DNA of 64,000 nt from Antechinus flavipes. Its lineage: Eukaryota. The first letter of the stretch is position 1, and every line of letters begins with the position of its first letter. Shown here in pieces: positions 23,576-36,279 of this stretch. The stretch is from NCBI RefSeq assembly GCF_016432865.1, contig NC_067403.1, positions 245,272,001 to 245,336,000 of the forward strand, written 5' to 3'. The notes under the pieces are model-generated. The model was given only the letters and a program-made list of their open reading frames with translations, did no database searches and had not been told where the DNA came from. A program made the translations under genes and the position numbers.

Positions 23576-24419
23576 GATCATATAATTGAAACCATAGGCT
23601 TATGACATGCTACCTCCTTGAACATGATTTTCTCGAGTGGGTTGAACATGTTATTCTTGCTTGGTTTTGGCACCTGTTGGGCCTAGTTCTTACTGTTTTA
23701 CTTTTGTTTGCCTTTGTTCTGTTATAAAACTTCTGTAATCTCATTGATCAAGCTAGACATAGTTGATGCTAAAGTTAGCTTGATGTGATGAGCAGTCCCT
23801 GTTTTACAAAAGAAGGGAATTGGGTCAAGGGAGGAGCCACCCAAGGCACAAATAGGAAGTACAAAGGCTTTGAAGCCTGAGATTCCTGGATATGGTCACT
23901 GTGAACAGTGCAGACTGACTCGTGGGCAGGAGCCCACGAAAAAGGGAAGAATAAGAATTGCTATGATTCACTCCCTTGTTATCTGCTTAGAGTATTACTA
24001 ACACTGCTCTGCTATCTCAATGTACCCAGGAAGAATTAGTATATCTTCCTTAGATTTGGGTGCATTTTTTATGGTGGGGTGAACATAGCTAATACTACAT
24101 TTTGCAGTAAGATGATATAGAGAAGGAAATTTGCTTTGAAATGACAAGGGTACTTTCATTTTTGTTAGTAGATTGAAGAATTGGGTAATGATTTTTTTTA
24201 GGATAATAATTACTGTGGCTGAAATATTCAATTCTTACTAATTGCAATTCTCACAAAATGTACGTCTAAAAGCAAGGCAAAACACCACTTTACAGAAAGA
24301 ATAATTCCTTTTGAGAGATGAATAGAGATTATGTAATAATTAAGTAAATTAAAAGTACTGAAGGAATGATGAAATATGGCTTTATGGCTTAAAAACCCAG
24401 ATTTTTCTCTGATGCAATT

Positions 24420-24525
24420 CTCTCTCACTAAGAGGTGCTCAATTTACTGGACTTTGAGCCAGTATATCTTCCATCTCATTAAAAGGTGATAAGTAGCATG
24501 GGAGAGATGGTGTCCCCACAGGGCT
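24420..24525 (+). promoter_or_regulatory. Putative OR promoter block for gene A'
   Basis: CTCATTAAAA 24475-24484; GTCCCCACAGGG near 24512; donor GTAAGT at 24946. Confidence 0.55.
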
Positions 24526-27059
24526 AAGAAAAGCAAGAACCATTTCTATTTATTAAGGTCAACGTGACTTTCATGAAAGGGTCGTTTTAAGTCGAGGAGT
24601 TGATTATTTTTGCAGGTATGGCTTTAGTTTGTGTCATATTGTAATTCTTGTGTGAGAAATAGCATAGGAAATTATTGAACCAGCAGTAATAAGGTCACTG
24701 GATTCAAATCCTCATTTTGAAAATCATTGTGAATTTTAAGCAAGTCATTCAGATTGTCTGAATTTCAGTCTTCTAATCTGAAGTCCTGTCATTGAGTTCT
24801 AATGTGAGGGTTAGATAAAAAGACATTTGTTAATATCTTTGTAAGCATTAAAGAAATCAATGGATTCCACTTATATGATAATAATATTTTATTATATTCT
24901 TCAGAGAAATAAGCAGCTGGATGTGATTAATTTCATCTGAGAATGGTAAGTGTAGGCTTTTTTGCTATCAATCCTGGAGTTTCTCTTATGTGAACGAAAT
25001 TGATGGTTTGAACTCTCAGTGATCCATCTGGCAGGTCTGAATTTTATGATCCCACTCAAGGATAGAGATTAAGGAAACAGGATGTCTAAGGAATGAAAAG
25101 TACTTTATATAGAATATCATCTCCCAACTTGCCATCCAAGGTATGGGAACGTAACCCTTCATCAATAGATTCAAAAAATAGCCCATTAAATACATTTATG
25201 TTGTTTATTTATAATCCATTTTATATTTTCAGGGACAATTTATTTTTAAGCACAGCTATCTCCCCAAATACCCCAACCTCTTAATTTCTTTTGTAAAAAA
25301 GAATTTTTAAATTTTCCAACAAACCTTACACTAGAACAACAATACTGGAGCAATGATACAATATTCCAGAACAATATAACCTCCAACTTTCATTTTTAAA
25401 GCAGGAAAGCAGGCTTTGTCATCTATTCTTCAAGATCAAATTTTGTTCATGTTGTTAATCTAACCAGAGTTTCCTATTACTGTTTTGTCAATTTGCATTA
25501 TTATTAAATAGAATTGATTCTCTTTTCTTCTCAGTTCATTACAAAGGCTTCTCAAATATCTTTTATTTATGATAATATCATTTTTCTTAATATAATATTT
25601 AATTAAAATCACATATCAATATATGTTTAATTATTCACTGATATTTATCAGTTTCCCATTCCAGGTTTTAAATATTAGTTTTCTTTCCACAAACAGTACT
25701 ATAAAATTTTGGTATCTATAGGATCTTTCTGTTTGCCACTGATATCCTTCCAGGATGTTACAGTAACCAACCTGCTGATCCACAGAGAAAGAATAGGTTA
25801 GTGTCTTTTTTGAATAATTTCAAATTTTTTTTTTTTTTTTTTTTAATCTTGGCTCAATTATTTCTATTAGCTCTATCAAATCAACTCTACAAAAACAGTA
25901 TCTTTGTTATTGCCTTTTTGATAGAACACCAAAATTGACAAATTTTGAGGCAATTTTTGCTTGTTTAAAAAAATAAACTATTTTACTAAGTATGATGTCA
26001 AAAAAGAGAATTGCATTAATTTTTATTTTCTGTCAGATAAATAATATTTATGAAAACTTTTGATATTATTTGGTCCATTAGACTTATGCCCTAATGGTTA
26101 GGGGCCATTAGGTGGCATAATAGTTGATATTGGGCCTGTAGTTGGAAAGGTCCAACTTCAAATATGTCCTCAAAAAAGACTCTCTGTGGGACTCCGAGTA
26201 CAACAGAGAATGTCTGTTTCCTTCTGTTTCTTCATCTAGAAAATGGGCAAAGCAATAGCACCTATATTTCAGACTTCTTTTGAGGTACAAGTGAATGATA
26301 TCAGTAAATGACTTAGCAATGGGCCTGGCAAGAAGTAGATGCTGTAAAATACAAGAAGCTGTTATAATTATTACTGCTATTTCTGACAACATTCTCTTTT
26401 TACCATGATACATATAAACAACAAAGGTAAGTGACATGCCCAAAGACATAGTGCTATTTAGTATCTGTGGCCAAATTTGAACTCAAGACTATGTCTTAAG
26501 AATTTCAGGCCCAAAACTCTATACACTGTACCACCTACCTGTCCCCGCTTCATTTTGCTCAAATATAAAATGGCACACCATTTGAAATGTCCTCATTTAC
26601 ATTGAGATATATTTGCTGTGAAAGTCAGATAGGGGAAAGAAGAGTATTTTCAAAATAGTCCCCTTTATTGAAAAACAAAGTACTTGAACCAAAATTGGAC
26701 TCATTCATTGAAAAAAAATATTGAGAGAGATAGAGAGACAGACAGACAGATAGATAGAAAGAGATTTGTTAAAGGATTGTGACAAAACTGATATTATATA
26801 GAGTAAATTTCAAATATGCATATTATGAAAGTAAAATGAGTCAACCATGTGATTATACATTATTTTATGGGTATTAAAGCACAGTATGTAAAAGCTTGTT
26901 AACTATCACTAGTACTTGCACATTCTGATTAAAAGCAAAGTAACCAGAATTAGAAAAATGATTGACAAAATGGAAAAAAAATTACAAATTAGAAACATTT
27001 TGCTAAAGGATTTTACTTAAATGTTTTAGTATAAAGAAATGGGAATCTAAAGAGCTTTG

Positions 27060-27411
27060 TGTGAAGTCTGGATTAGCTCCCTGGAAGCTTCAGAATCAGT
27101 TGGAGTCAGGATAAGCAAAAGTCCTTAGTCTTTAGGGGGAGAAGTGAAGGAGATTGACAAAACTGCCACACACTCTCCACTAACCAACCTCCCTTCTCCT
27201 CTTCTTCCTCCAAAGTGACTCTGACTTGTCTTACTCCATCCCCTAATCCCTCCTATGATTATCTGTATACACCAAAAGATCAAGCCAGCCCAGAATAGTG
27301 AGAAGGGTCATTTTCCAAGCATATACTAATAGAGTATTGCTTAATAGTAATTAGCCTTAAGTGTTCAGTTTTCTGATTCCAGCACACCAAGCAGAGTTTT
27401 AACCCTTTACA
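27060..27411 (-). mobile_element. Solo LTR with 6-bp TSD GCTTTG
   Basis: TG...CA ends; GCTTTG at 27054-27059 and 27412-27417; empty paralogous sites near 10115 and 33848; shares CTCTATTAGTATATGCTTGG-like motif with the 22786 LTR. Confidence 0.88.
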
Positions 27412-27697
27412 GCTTTGGGTTTTTAATCTTCATACAAAATTGGGGCAACTATTTGGTATAGTAGAAAAATCACTGGACTGATATATAAATTTGATAGTTT
27501 ATAAGTGAAATATATATTAAATACTCATGTGCATTCAGTTCAAAATCAATAGCATTGCAAAATGAATAGTCATTAACTTTAAGGTGCTAAGAAACTAGTA
27601 CTAAAGTGAGCAATAGTTATTAATACTCAATATCTTGAGAAAATTCAGAAGTTCTCTCTTCTCCTGAATTCATCATTTTAAAAAGATCATTTTTCTT

Positions 27698-27900
27698 GTG
27701 ATGAAGAGAGCCATCTACAACCAGAGAGAGGACTGTGGGAACTGAGTGTGCTTCACAATATAGCATTTTCATTCTTTTTGTTGTTGTTTGCTTACAATTT
27801 GATTTCTTTCTTAGTTTTTTCCAGTTTAATTTGATTTTTCTTATGCAGCAAGATAATTGTATAGTTATGTTTGCATATATTGGATTTTCAAAAGTAAAAT
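27698..27900 (+). mobile_element. Short LINE-1 3'UTR insertion with ~18-bp TSD
   Basis: AAAAAGATCATTTTT(T)CTT at 27680-27697 and 27901-27919; TT|AAAA endonuclease site; absent from paralogs near 10680 and 34425. Confidence 0.75.
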
Positions 27901-28552
27901 AAAAAGATCATTTTTTCTTCAAAAAACATCACTTACAATTAGATTGCATTGAAACTAATAGATCTTGATCACATCCCACACAACCTTGAAAGGAATGTAA
28001 TGTGAAGCAGGGAAACCTATTGTATCATAGTCAAATTTGAAAGACACAGATCTTTTTCTCTAAATATAGTTCAAGACTGGGAGTCATCTGCTGTCTAGAA
28101 ATTTTCTGTGTACAGGGGTGACATAAGCAATAATGTGCAATCAGTATCTAGTGGCAATAGTCTTTAAAGTGGAGCCCATAACCATTGTTGTCTTTGGTCT
28201 AGGAATATTTGGTCAATGACCATACTTTCATTAATAGTCTGCTGGATTTAATTTTTTTTAATTATTAAATTACCCAGAAAGTATATCTGTTATTAAAAAA
28301 TTCACAAATATAGGATATATACTTGGAATAGATCATTAAGATTAAGTATTAACCATTTGTTAATTGACAAACATCTGATATAAATGCTATGACAGAATAA
28401 TTCAAACAAGGGTGAAATTGATTTTTGCCTAGTGATTACAGGAGAAGAATACACAGTGAGTGGTGTAGAAATAAGAAAGACCTTAAAATAGGGAAATCAC
28501 AAAACAGCAATGTTCAATGTGATGTACAATTTTGTTCTTACTTAAATTGAGG

Positions 28553-28605
<53 letters not shown>

Positions 28606-28910
28606 CCTATATATATATATTTACAATCATAGTCATAGAACATGATTAGAGTCCCTGGTGTAGGACTTAATCCTTTATTGGTTGATTTTTTTCCCAATTA
28701 TATAGAATGTTAGAATTGAAACAGAAGTTGAAAGAACATAACATTGGATGTTGGAGCTGGTGATGAAAACATGAAATTAAATCTATGAGAAAAATGGCAG
28801 ATCTTCAAATCTAACTGTTCCTGTTTGGATGAAGGAAACTGAGGACCAGGGGGAAAAAAGTGATTGCTTCATTTTGAATTCATCATTTTCACAAGCAGAA
28901 GAAAGACACA

Positions 28911-29834
28911 ATGCCGGAAGAAAATCTCACAAATGTGAAGGAATTCATTCTACTGGGATTTTCTAATTTGCCCAATCTCCAAGGATTTCTATTTGGGATA
29001 TTCTCTGTCATCTACATAAGTATACTGTTAGGAAATGGCCTCCTTCTTTTTATAATCAAGATTGATCAAGCTCTTCATACCCCTATGTATTTCTTCCTGG
29101 GGAACTTTTCCTTTTTGGAAATATGTTACACATCAGTCACTTTGCCCAGAATGTTGGCAGATCTCTGGACCCAGAAGAGAACTATTTCCTTCCTGGCCTG
29201 TGCTGTGCAAACTTTTTGTCTTTATATTTGTGGAGGAGCTGAGTGCCTTCTCCTGACTGTGATGGCTTATGACCGTTATGTGGCAATCACTAAGCCTCTC
29301 TATTATACTCTCATCATGAATCACAAAGTGTGTGTCCAATTGGTTGTGGCTTCCTGGCTGACTGGGGTTCCAATTATGATTGGTCAGACATATCAGATTT
29401 TCTCTTTAAACTTTTGTGGTCCTAAAATAATCAATCATGTTTTTTGTGATGCCCCACCTTTATTCCCATTAGCATGTACAAACACATATAACATAGAGGT
29501 TTCTGTCCATGTTGTGGCTCTACTCTTTGTCACAATTCCCTTTGTTTTGATACTTGCCTCCTATATCAAAATCATAACTACAATAATGAAATTGCCCTCC
29601 ACCTCAGGGAGATCCAAAGCCTTCTCTACTTGTTCCTCTCACTTAATGGTTGTGTGCTTTTTCTATGGGTCTGGAAGTATTGTATATTTGCAGCCAAAAT
29701 CGAGTCAATCATCAGCATCTAGCAAAGTACTTGCTCTTTTCTACACTATTGTCACCCCAATGTTTAACCCCCTAATCTACAGTCTGAGAAATAAGGATGT
29801 CATTGCTGCACTGAGAAAACTACTTCCTAAATGA
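28911..29834 (+). CDS. OR10AG1-like: Olfactory receptor, OR10AG1-like (copy A'), 307 aa, intact
   Basis: All class II OR motifs; near-identical to copy A over the visible half. Confidence 0.95.
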   Translation: MPEENLTNVKEFILLGFSNLPNLQGFLFGIFSVIYISILLGNGLLLFIIKIDQALHTPMYFFLGNFSFLEICYTSVTLPRMLADLWTQKRTISFLACAVQTFCLYICGGAECLLLTVMAYDRYVAITKPLYYTLIMNHKVCVQLVVASWLTGVPIMIGQTYQIFSLNFCGPKIINHVFCDAPPLFPLACTNTYNIEVSVHVVALLFVTIPFVLILASYIKIITTIMKLPSTSGRSKAFSTCSSHLMVVCFFYGSGSIVYLQPKSSQSSASSKVLALFYTIVTPMFNPLIYSLRNKDVIAALRKLLPK

Positions 29835-29894
29835 ATCCAGTGTATGCCATTAGTCAAATCCAAGAGGATTAGTATTCTCATCTACTATACTTCC

Positions 29895-29927
<33 letters not shown>

Positions 29928-31194
29928 CAACTTCAGATTATTTTTTTTCCATTGCACTGAAATTGTACTAAAATGAGAATCTGTCAAGAGATTCTATATG
30001 AAAATAGAAAACAGCAGCCCAAAATGTCCATCTTCCTTAATTCAATCATGACTGAAATTAAAATCTTTATTGTTTACTAAATAATCCATGGACAATGATC
30101 CATAAATCTTTTGAGTACAATTTTATTGTGCTTTCTACTACTACCCTAGTAACATGAGAAAAAAAAAAGACTTTTTTCTTTTAAAAAAATTAATTTCATT
30201 GTGTATGTGTTTAAGAGACAGACAGCAAGAAGAAAAGAGAGAAAGAAAGACGTACCCAAAGAGAAGCAGAGTAAAACAGACAGAAACAGAGATCAGAGAT
30301 GCAGGCAGAGACAGAAATAGAAAGACATAGAGAGAGATCAAGCAAGAGCAAAAAAAAAAAAAAAAATCCAATGAAAAGATTCCCCTTGCCCCGGATGCCT
30401 TACACATTTTCATAGATGCACAGGTATAGGAAACATTAGACTGTATTAGAAAGTTAGATGCCAAGATATGATCATGTTTTATTCTGTCCTCCACTGTGCA
30501 ATCATAAGACTCAGAGGATTTAAAAACATTGGTTGGGCAGGTTATAAGGCTTAATGATATTCTATTTTTTTTGTTGATTGCTTGATTAGCCAAACGTTAG
30601 GAATTCTCATGGCTTTTATTTGATGTGGAAGAATAAGGACATAATGTACTAAAACATTCTACTTTTAAGCAAATTAAGAAAAAAAAAAGAAGAGAAAAAA
30701 CTTACTCAAAAACAAAAAAAGGCAAGAAGGAGGGGAGCTAGGACTCATCCTTGTTCTCAGCTTCATAATAGAACATTACTAAGACTGCTATGCCATCTCT
30801 AGTATACATGAGGAACTAGTATATCATTCCTAGATGTGGAGTATATTGCTTATGGTGGGGCGAACATAGGTAATAATAAATTTTGCAGGAAGATGATATA
30901 GAGAAGATTTTTTTTTTAAATCAGGCATGTTTTCACTTTTGTCAATAAAATGAAGAATTGGGTAATATTTTTTATATGATAATAATCACTGAAGTTAAAA
31001 CAATCAATACTTTCTAATAACAATTCTCACAATATCCATGCCTACAAGGAATACAAAGCAGCATTTTACAGATAGAATAATTCAGGTCTAAAATGAATAG
31101 AAATTGTGTAATATAAAGTAAATTAGAAGTACTGGGAGAATAATGAAACATGGCCGCCTTGCTGAAAATAGTAGATTTTTCTTTATGTAATTCT

Positions 31195-31300
31195 CCCTCA
31201 TTAAGAGGTGTTCAGCTTACTGGACTTTGAGCCAGTATATCTTCCATCTCATTAAAATGTGATAAGTAGCATGGGAGAGGAAGTGTCCCCACAGGGCTAA
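31195..31300 (+). promoter_or_regulatory. Putative OR promoter block for gene B'
   Basis: TCATTA at 31198 and CTCATTAAAA 31248-31257; GTCCCCACAGGG near 31285; donor AAG|GTAAGT at 31711. Confidence 0.55.
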
Positions 31301-33559
31301 GAAAGGCAGGAACCATTTCTATTTATAAAGGTCAAAGTGTTGTTTTATGAAAGGCTCATTTTGAGTAGAGAAGTTGATCACTTTTGCAAAGTGTAATTTT
31401 ATTTTGTATGATATTGTAATTGTTGTGTGAGAAATAGGCTCTTAAAGTATTGAACCAGCAATAATAAAAACACTGGGTTCAAATCTTCATTCTGAAAACC
31501 ATTGTGAATTTTAGGCCAGGCACTCAGATTGTTTGAATATTGGTTTCCTAATATGTAGTCCTTCTGATGTGAGGTTTAGATAAAATGGTATATGTTGGCA
31601 TCTTTGTAAGCATTAGATAAATTAAAGGGTTCTGTTTATATGCTTATATTATTTTACTATGTTCTTCTGAGAAATAAGCAATTGGATATAATTAATTTCA
31701 TCAGAGAAAGGTAAGTGTGGGCTCTTTTTCTTCCAGTTCTTGAGTTTCTCTTACTTGAAAGAAGTTTATGGTTTGAACACTCACTGCTCCATGAGTTATC
31801 TGGCAGGACTAAATTTTGTAATAGCATTCAAGAATACAGATTAAGGAAAGAGCATATCCAAGAAATGGAAAGTGCTTTAGATACAATATCCCCTCCTAAC
31901 TTATCATTCAAGGTAAAGGAAGGTAACCTTTCATTAGCAGACACAAAAATAATATAATAAATACATTCATGTTGCTTACTTATAACTCCTTTTATATTTT
32001 CAGTCATTTTATAATGCATTTTTAAAGCACAGCCACTTCCTCCAAATTTCTCAACCACTTGGTTTCATTTTTAACAAAGCATTAAAAAAATTTTAAAGAA
32101 AAGCAAACACTGGAACAATAATACAGGACCAATAATCAAAAATACCAGAACTCTATTTCCCCCAACTCTCATTTCTAAGAACAGGAAAGCAGGATTTGTC
32201 ATCTGTCCTTCAAGATCAAAATTGGTTAATGTCATTAATCTTACCTGAGCCTTCTATTACTGTTGTCAATTCATAGTATGGTTAAACAGAGTTTGATTCT
32301 CTTTTATTCTCAGTCATTTAAACAGATTTCTCAATTCTCTTTTTTTCTGATACTGTCCTCTTATTTTAGTGTTATTTTTAAATATAATTCCTAATCAATA
32401 AATGTTTAATTATTCATTGATGAACATCAATTTTCCATACCAGGTTTTGAAGATTTTTTTTTCCCAAAAAAACAGTACTATGAAAATTTGGTATATATAG
32501 GATCTTTTTTTCTGTCTTTGATATCCTTCCAGTATATGTCACACTAATCGGACTTCAAATCCACAGGGAAGGAATAGATTAGTGGACTTTTGTTTCAAAA
32601 TTTCAAGTGGATTTTGAAAATCAATCACCAGCTCTACCACAAGGGTATCTTTGTTATTGTCTTCTTGGTGAAACTTCAACTTTGACAAAATATGTTTTTT
32701 TTTTCCTAATTGTTCTTTTTTCAATTAAACTAATTTATTAGGTATGATTCCAGAAGAGAGTTGTATTAGTTTTCATTTTTCTGTCAAGTAAATAATATTA
32801 ATGAAAACTGCATTGATATTATTTGGTCCATTAATTTCGGGACAGGTCTAATGCTTAGGGGCAGTTATGTGGCATAATGGATGACACTGGGTCTGCATTG
32901 AGGAAGATCCAACCTCAAATTTGACATCAGAAAAGACTATTTGTGGGATTCTGAGTTCATCAGAGAACGTCTGTTTTCTTGTGTTTCATCATCTAGAAAA
33001 TGGGCAAAACAATAACACCTATATTTCAGACTTCTTTTGAGGTACAAGTGAATGATACTTAGAATAGTGACTGACAAATAGCAAGAAGCTACTATGATTA
33101 TTACTGTTATTTATACAAGTTTCTATTGTTACAATAACATATGTAAACAACAAAGTTAAGTAACATATCCAAAGACACCTAGATATTTAGTATCTGAGGC
33201 CCATTTGAACTCAAGACTAAGTCTTAAGGACTTCAGATCCAAAACTCTATCTATTGTACCACCTACCTGCTTCTGCTTCATTTTACTCAAATATAAAATG
33301 GAATGCTATTTAAAATGCTCTCATTCACTCTGAGATATATTTGTTGTGGAAGTCAGATTGTCAGGAGAAGAATATTACATTGAAACCTATTTGTAGCAGC
33401 CCTTTTTTGAATCACACTGTATTTGAACCAAAATTAAGCTCATTCATAAAAAAAAAAATGAAAAAATAGAAAAAAAAGAGAGAAAAGATACAAAGACAGA
33501 GAGAGAAAGAGGGGGGAGGGTTGGTACAGGATTGTTAAAAAATTAAAAGGATGAAGAGT

Positions 33560-33619
<60 letters not shown>

Positions 33620-35355
33620 GAATGCAAAATGAGTCAACTATGTGATTATACAGTATTTTATGGGTGTTAAATCACAATATGTAAATGTTAGTAATTATTA
33701 CTAGTACTTGTACATTCTGATCAAAAGTAAAGTAGCCAAAATTAGGTAAACAATAGACAAAATAAATACAAACAACTTAAAAATTAAAAACATTTTGCTA
33801 AAGGATATTACTGAAATATTGTAGTATAAGGAAATATCAATCTAAAGAGATTTTGGTTTTAATCTTAATAGAAAATTGGGGAAGCTACTTGGTATAATGT
33901 ATAAATTACTGGACCTGGAATGAGACTTATCTTTACAGAATTAAAATCCAGCCTCACAAGTGATTGATTGACCATGGGCAGTGACTTAATTTGCTTTGCT
34001 TCAGTTTCTCATCTGTAAATGCAGTTGCAAAAAGAAAGGACAAAAGATTCCACTATCTCTGCAAGAAAGTCCAAAAGAAGAATTGAACATGAGTGAAAAT
34101 AACTTTAACCACAACAAATGTGTTAAAATTAAATAAAAAAAAAATTCATGGTTTTTATCAAAGTGTGATAAACCATGACTTCAGTGGATTCATATTTAAG
34201 AATGTAACTCCTTCTTCTTTGAATAAATTTGATAGTTCATAAGTGAAACATTTATTAAATACTTATGTGCATTCAGTTCAAAATCAATAATATTACAAAA
34301 TGAATGTTTATTAACTTTAAGGTGCTAAAAACTTAGTACTAAGAGTGAACAATGGTTATCACTAATAAATATCTTGAGCAAATTTGGAAGCTCTCTCTTC
34401 TCCTGAATTCTCCTTTTTTAAAAAAAAAAGATCATTTTTTTTTAATTTCAAAAGGACATTATTGATAATTAGATTATGTTGACTCTATTTGATCTTGATC
34501 AGATCCTGCACAATTCTGCTAGGAATTTAATGTGAAGTAGGAAAACCTATTGTATTATACTCAAGTTTCATAGAGACATATCCTTTCATCTAAACAGTCC
34601 AAGATTGGGAATCATCTGCTATCTAGAAATTTTCTGGATGCAGGTATGATATTACCATGATGTTCCATCAGACTCTATTGAAATAGTCTTTAAAATAGTG
34701 CCCATCACCATTGTTGTCTTTGGTTTTAAAAAGATGGGTAAATGTCCATCATTTCATAATAGTCTGCTGGACTTATTTTTAAAAATTATCAAATTACTTA
34801 GAAAGTAAGTCTGTCATTTTTTTTGAAAACATTTCTCAACCATAAGGAATACACTTGGAATAGATTAAGATTAAGTTGTAATCATTTGTTAATTAACAAA
34901 CGACTGGTATAAATGTTATGATAGAGTAATTCAAGAAATGGTGGAACACATTTAATTTGTGCCTAATGATTACTAGAGAAGACTACACAATGGGAGCTAA
35001 AGAAATAAGACAGAACTTAAAATAGGCAAATCACAAAACAGAAATATTCAATATGATGGAGAATTTTGTTCTTTCTTAAATGGATGATTTCAAGGATAAT
35101 TTTATCTTAGAATGATTGACATACAACTGATTAGAGTCCTTGATGTAGGACAGAAGCTTAATTCATTCTTAGTTGATTTGGATTTTTCCCCATTTATATA
35201 GAATGTTAGAATTGAGATAGAAATTAAAGGAACATAACATTGAATGTTTCAAATCCAATTGTTCCTGTTTGGAGGAGGGAAACTGAGGATCAGAGAAGGA
35301 TAAAGTGATTGCTTCATTTTGAATTCATCATTTTCACAGGCAGAAGAAAGACACA

Positions 35356-36279
35356 ATGCCAGAGGAAAATCTCACTTATGTGAAGGAATTCATTCTCCTG
35401 GGATTTTCTGACCTGCCCAATCTCCAAGGTTTTCTATTTGGAATATTCTCTGCCATCTACCTAAGTATACAGATAGGAAATGGCCTTCTCATTGTTCTAA
35501 CCAAGACTGATCCAGCTCTCCATACCCCTATGTATTTTTTCTTAGGGAACTTTTCCTTTTTGGAAATGTGTTACACATCAGTCACTCTGCCCAGAATACT
35601 GGCAGATCTCTGGACGCAGAAGAGAACTATTTCCTTCCTGGCCTGTGCTGTACAAACTTGTTTCCTTTATATTTTTGGAGTGGCTGAATGCCTTCTCCTG
35701 ACTGTGATGGCTTATGACCGGTATGTGGCAATCACTAAGCCTCTCTATTATACTCTCATTATGAATCACAAAGTATGTGTCCAACTGGTTGTGGCTTCTT
35801 GGCTGACTGGGGTCCCAGTCTTGATAGGGGAGACATACCTGATTTTTTCTCTCAACTTCTGTGGCCCTAACAAAATAAATCACGTTTTCTGTGATGCCCC
35901 ACCTTTATTCCCATTAGCATGTACAAACACATATAATATAGAGGTCTCTGTCCATGTTGCGGCTCTACTCTTTGTTACAATTCCCTTTGTTTTGATACTT
36001 GCTTCCTATATCAAAATCATAACTACAATAATGAAATTGCCCTCCACCTCAGGGAGATCCAAAGCCTTCTCTACTTGTTCTTCTCACTTAATGGTTGTTT
36101 GCTTTTTCTATGGGTCTGGAAGTATTGTGTATTTGCAGCCAAAATCCAGACAATCATCAGGGTCCAGCAAAATGCTTGGTCTTTTCTACAATACTGTGAC
36201 CCCAGTGTTTAACCCCCTCATCTACAGTCTGAGAAATAAGGATGTCATTGCTGCATTGAGAAAACTACTTCCTAAGTGA
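35356..36279 (+). CDS. OR10AG1-like: Olfactory receptor, OR10AG1-like (copy B'), 307 aa, intact
   Basis: All class II OR motifs; acceptor TTTTCACAG|G at 35338-35339. Confidence 0.95.
   Translation: MPEENLTYVKEFILLGFSDLPNLQGFLFGIFSAIYLSIQIGNGLLIVLTKTDPALHTPMYFFLGNFSFLEMCYTSVTLPRILADLWTQKRTISFLACAVQTCFLYIFGVAECLLLTVMAYDRYVAITKPLYYTLIMNHKVCVQLVVASWLTGVPVLIGETYLIFSLNFCGPNKINHVFCDAPPLFPLACTNTYNIEVSVHVAALLFVTIPFVLILASYIKIITTIMKLPSTSGRSKAFSTCSSHLMVVCFFYGSGSIVYLQPKSRQSSGSSKMLGLFYNTVTPVFNPLIYSLRNKDVIAALRKLLPK

Larger units (their letters stand above)
21777..23990 (+). mobile_element. Degraded betaretrovirus-like ERV 3' remnant (integrase, env debris, PPT, partial LTR) hosting two younger insertions
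   Basis: MLPPGKN...WQMDITYV, (D)NGPAYTS-like and GQAI-like segments, VMWKGLDGIWKGP; hydrophobic TM-like stretch near 23660-23730; AAAAGAAGGGAAT at 23808-23820 followed by TG. End is approximate. Confidence 0.75.
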
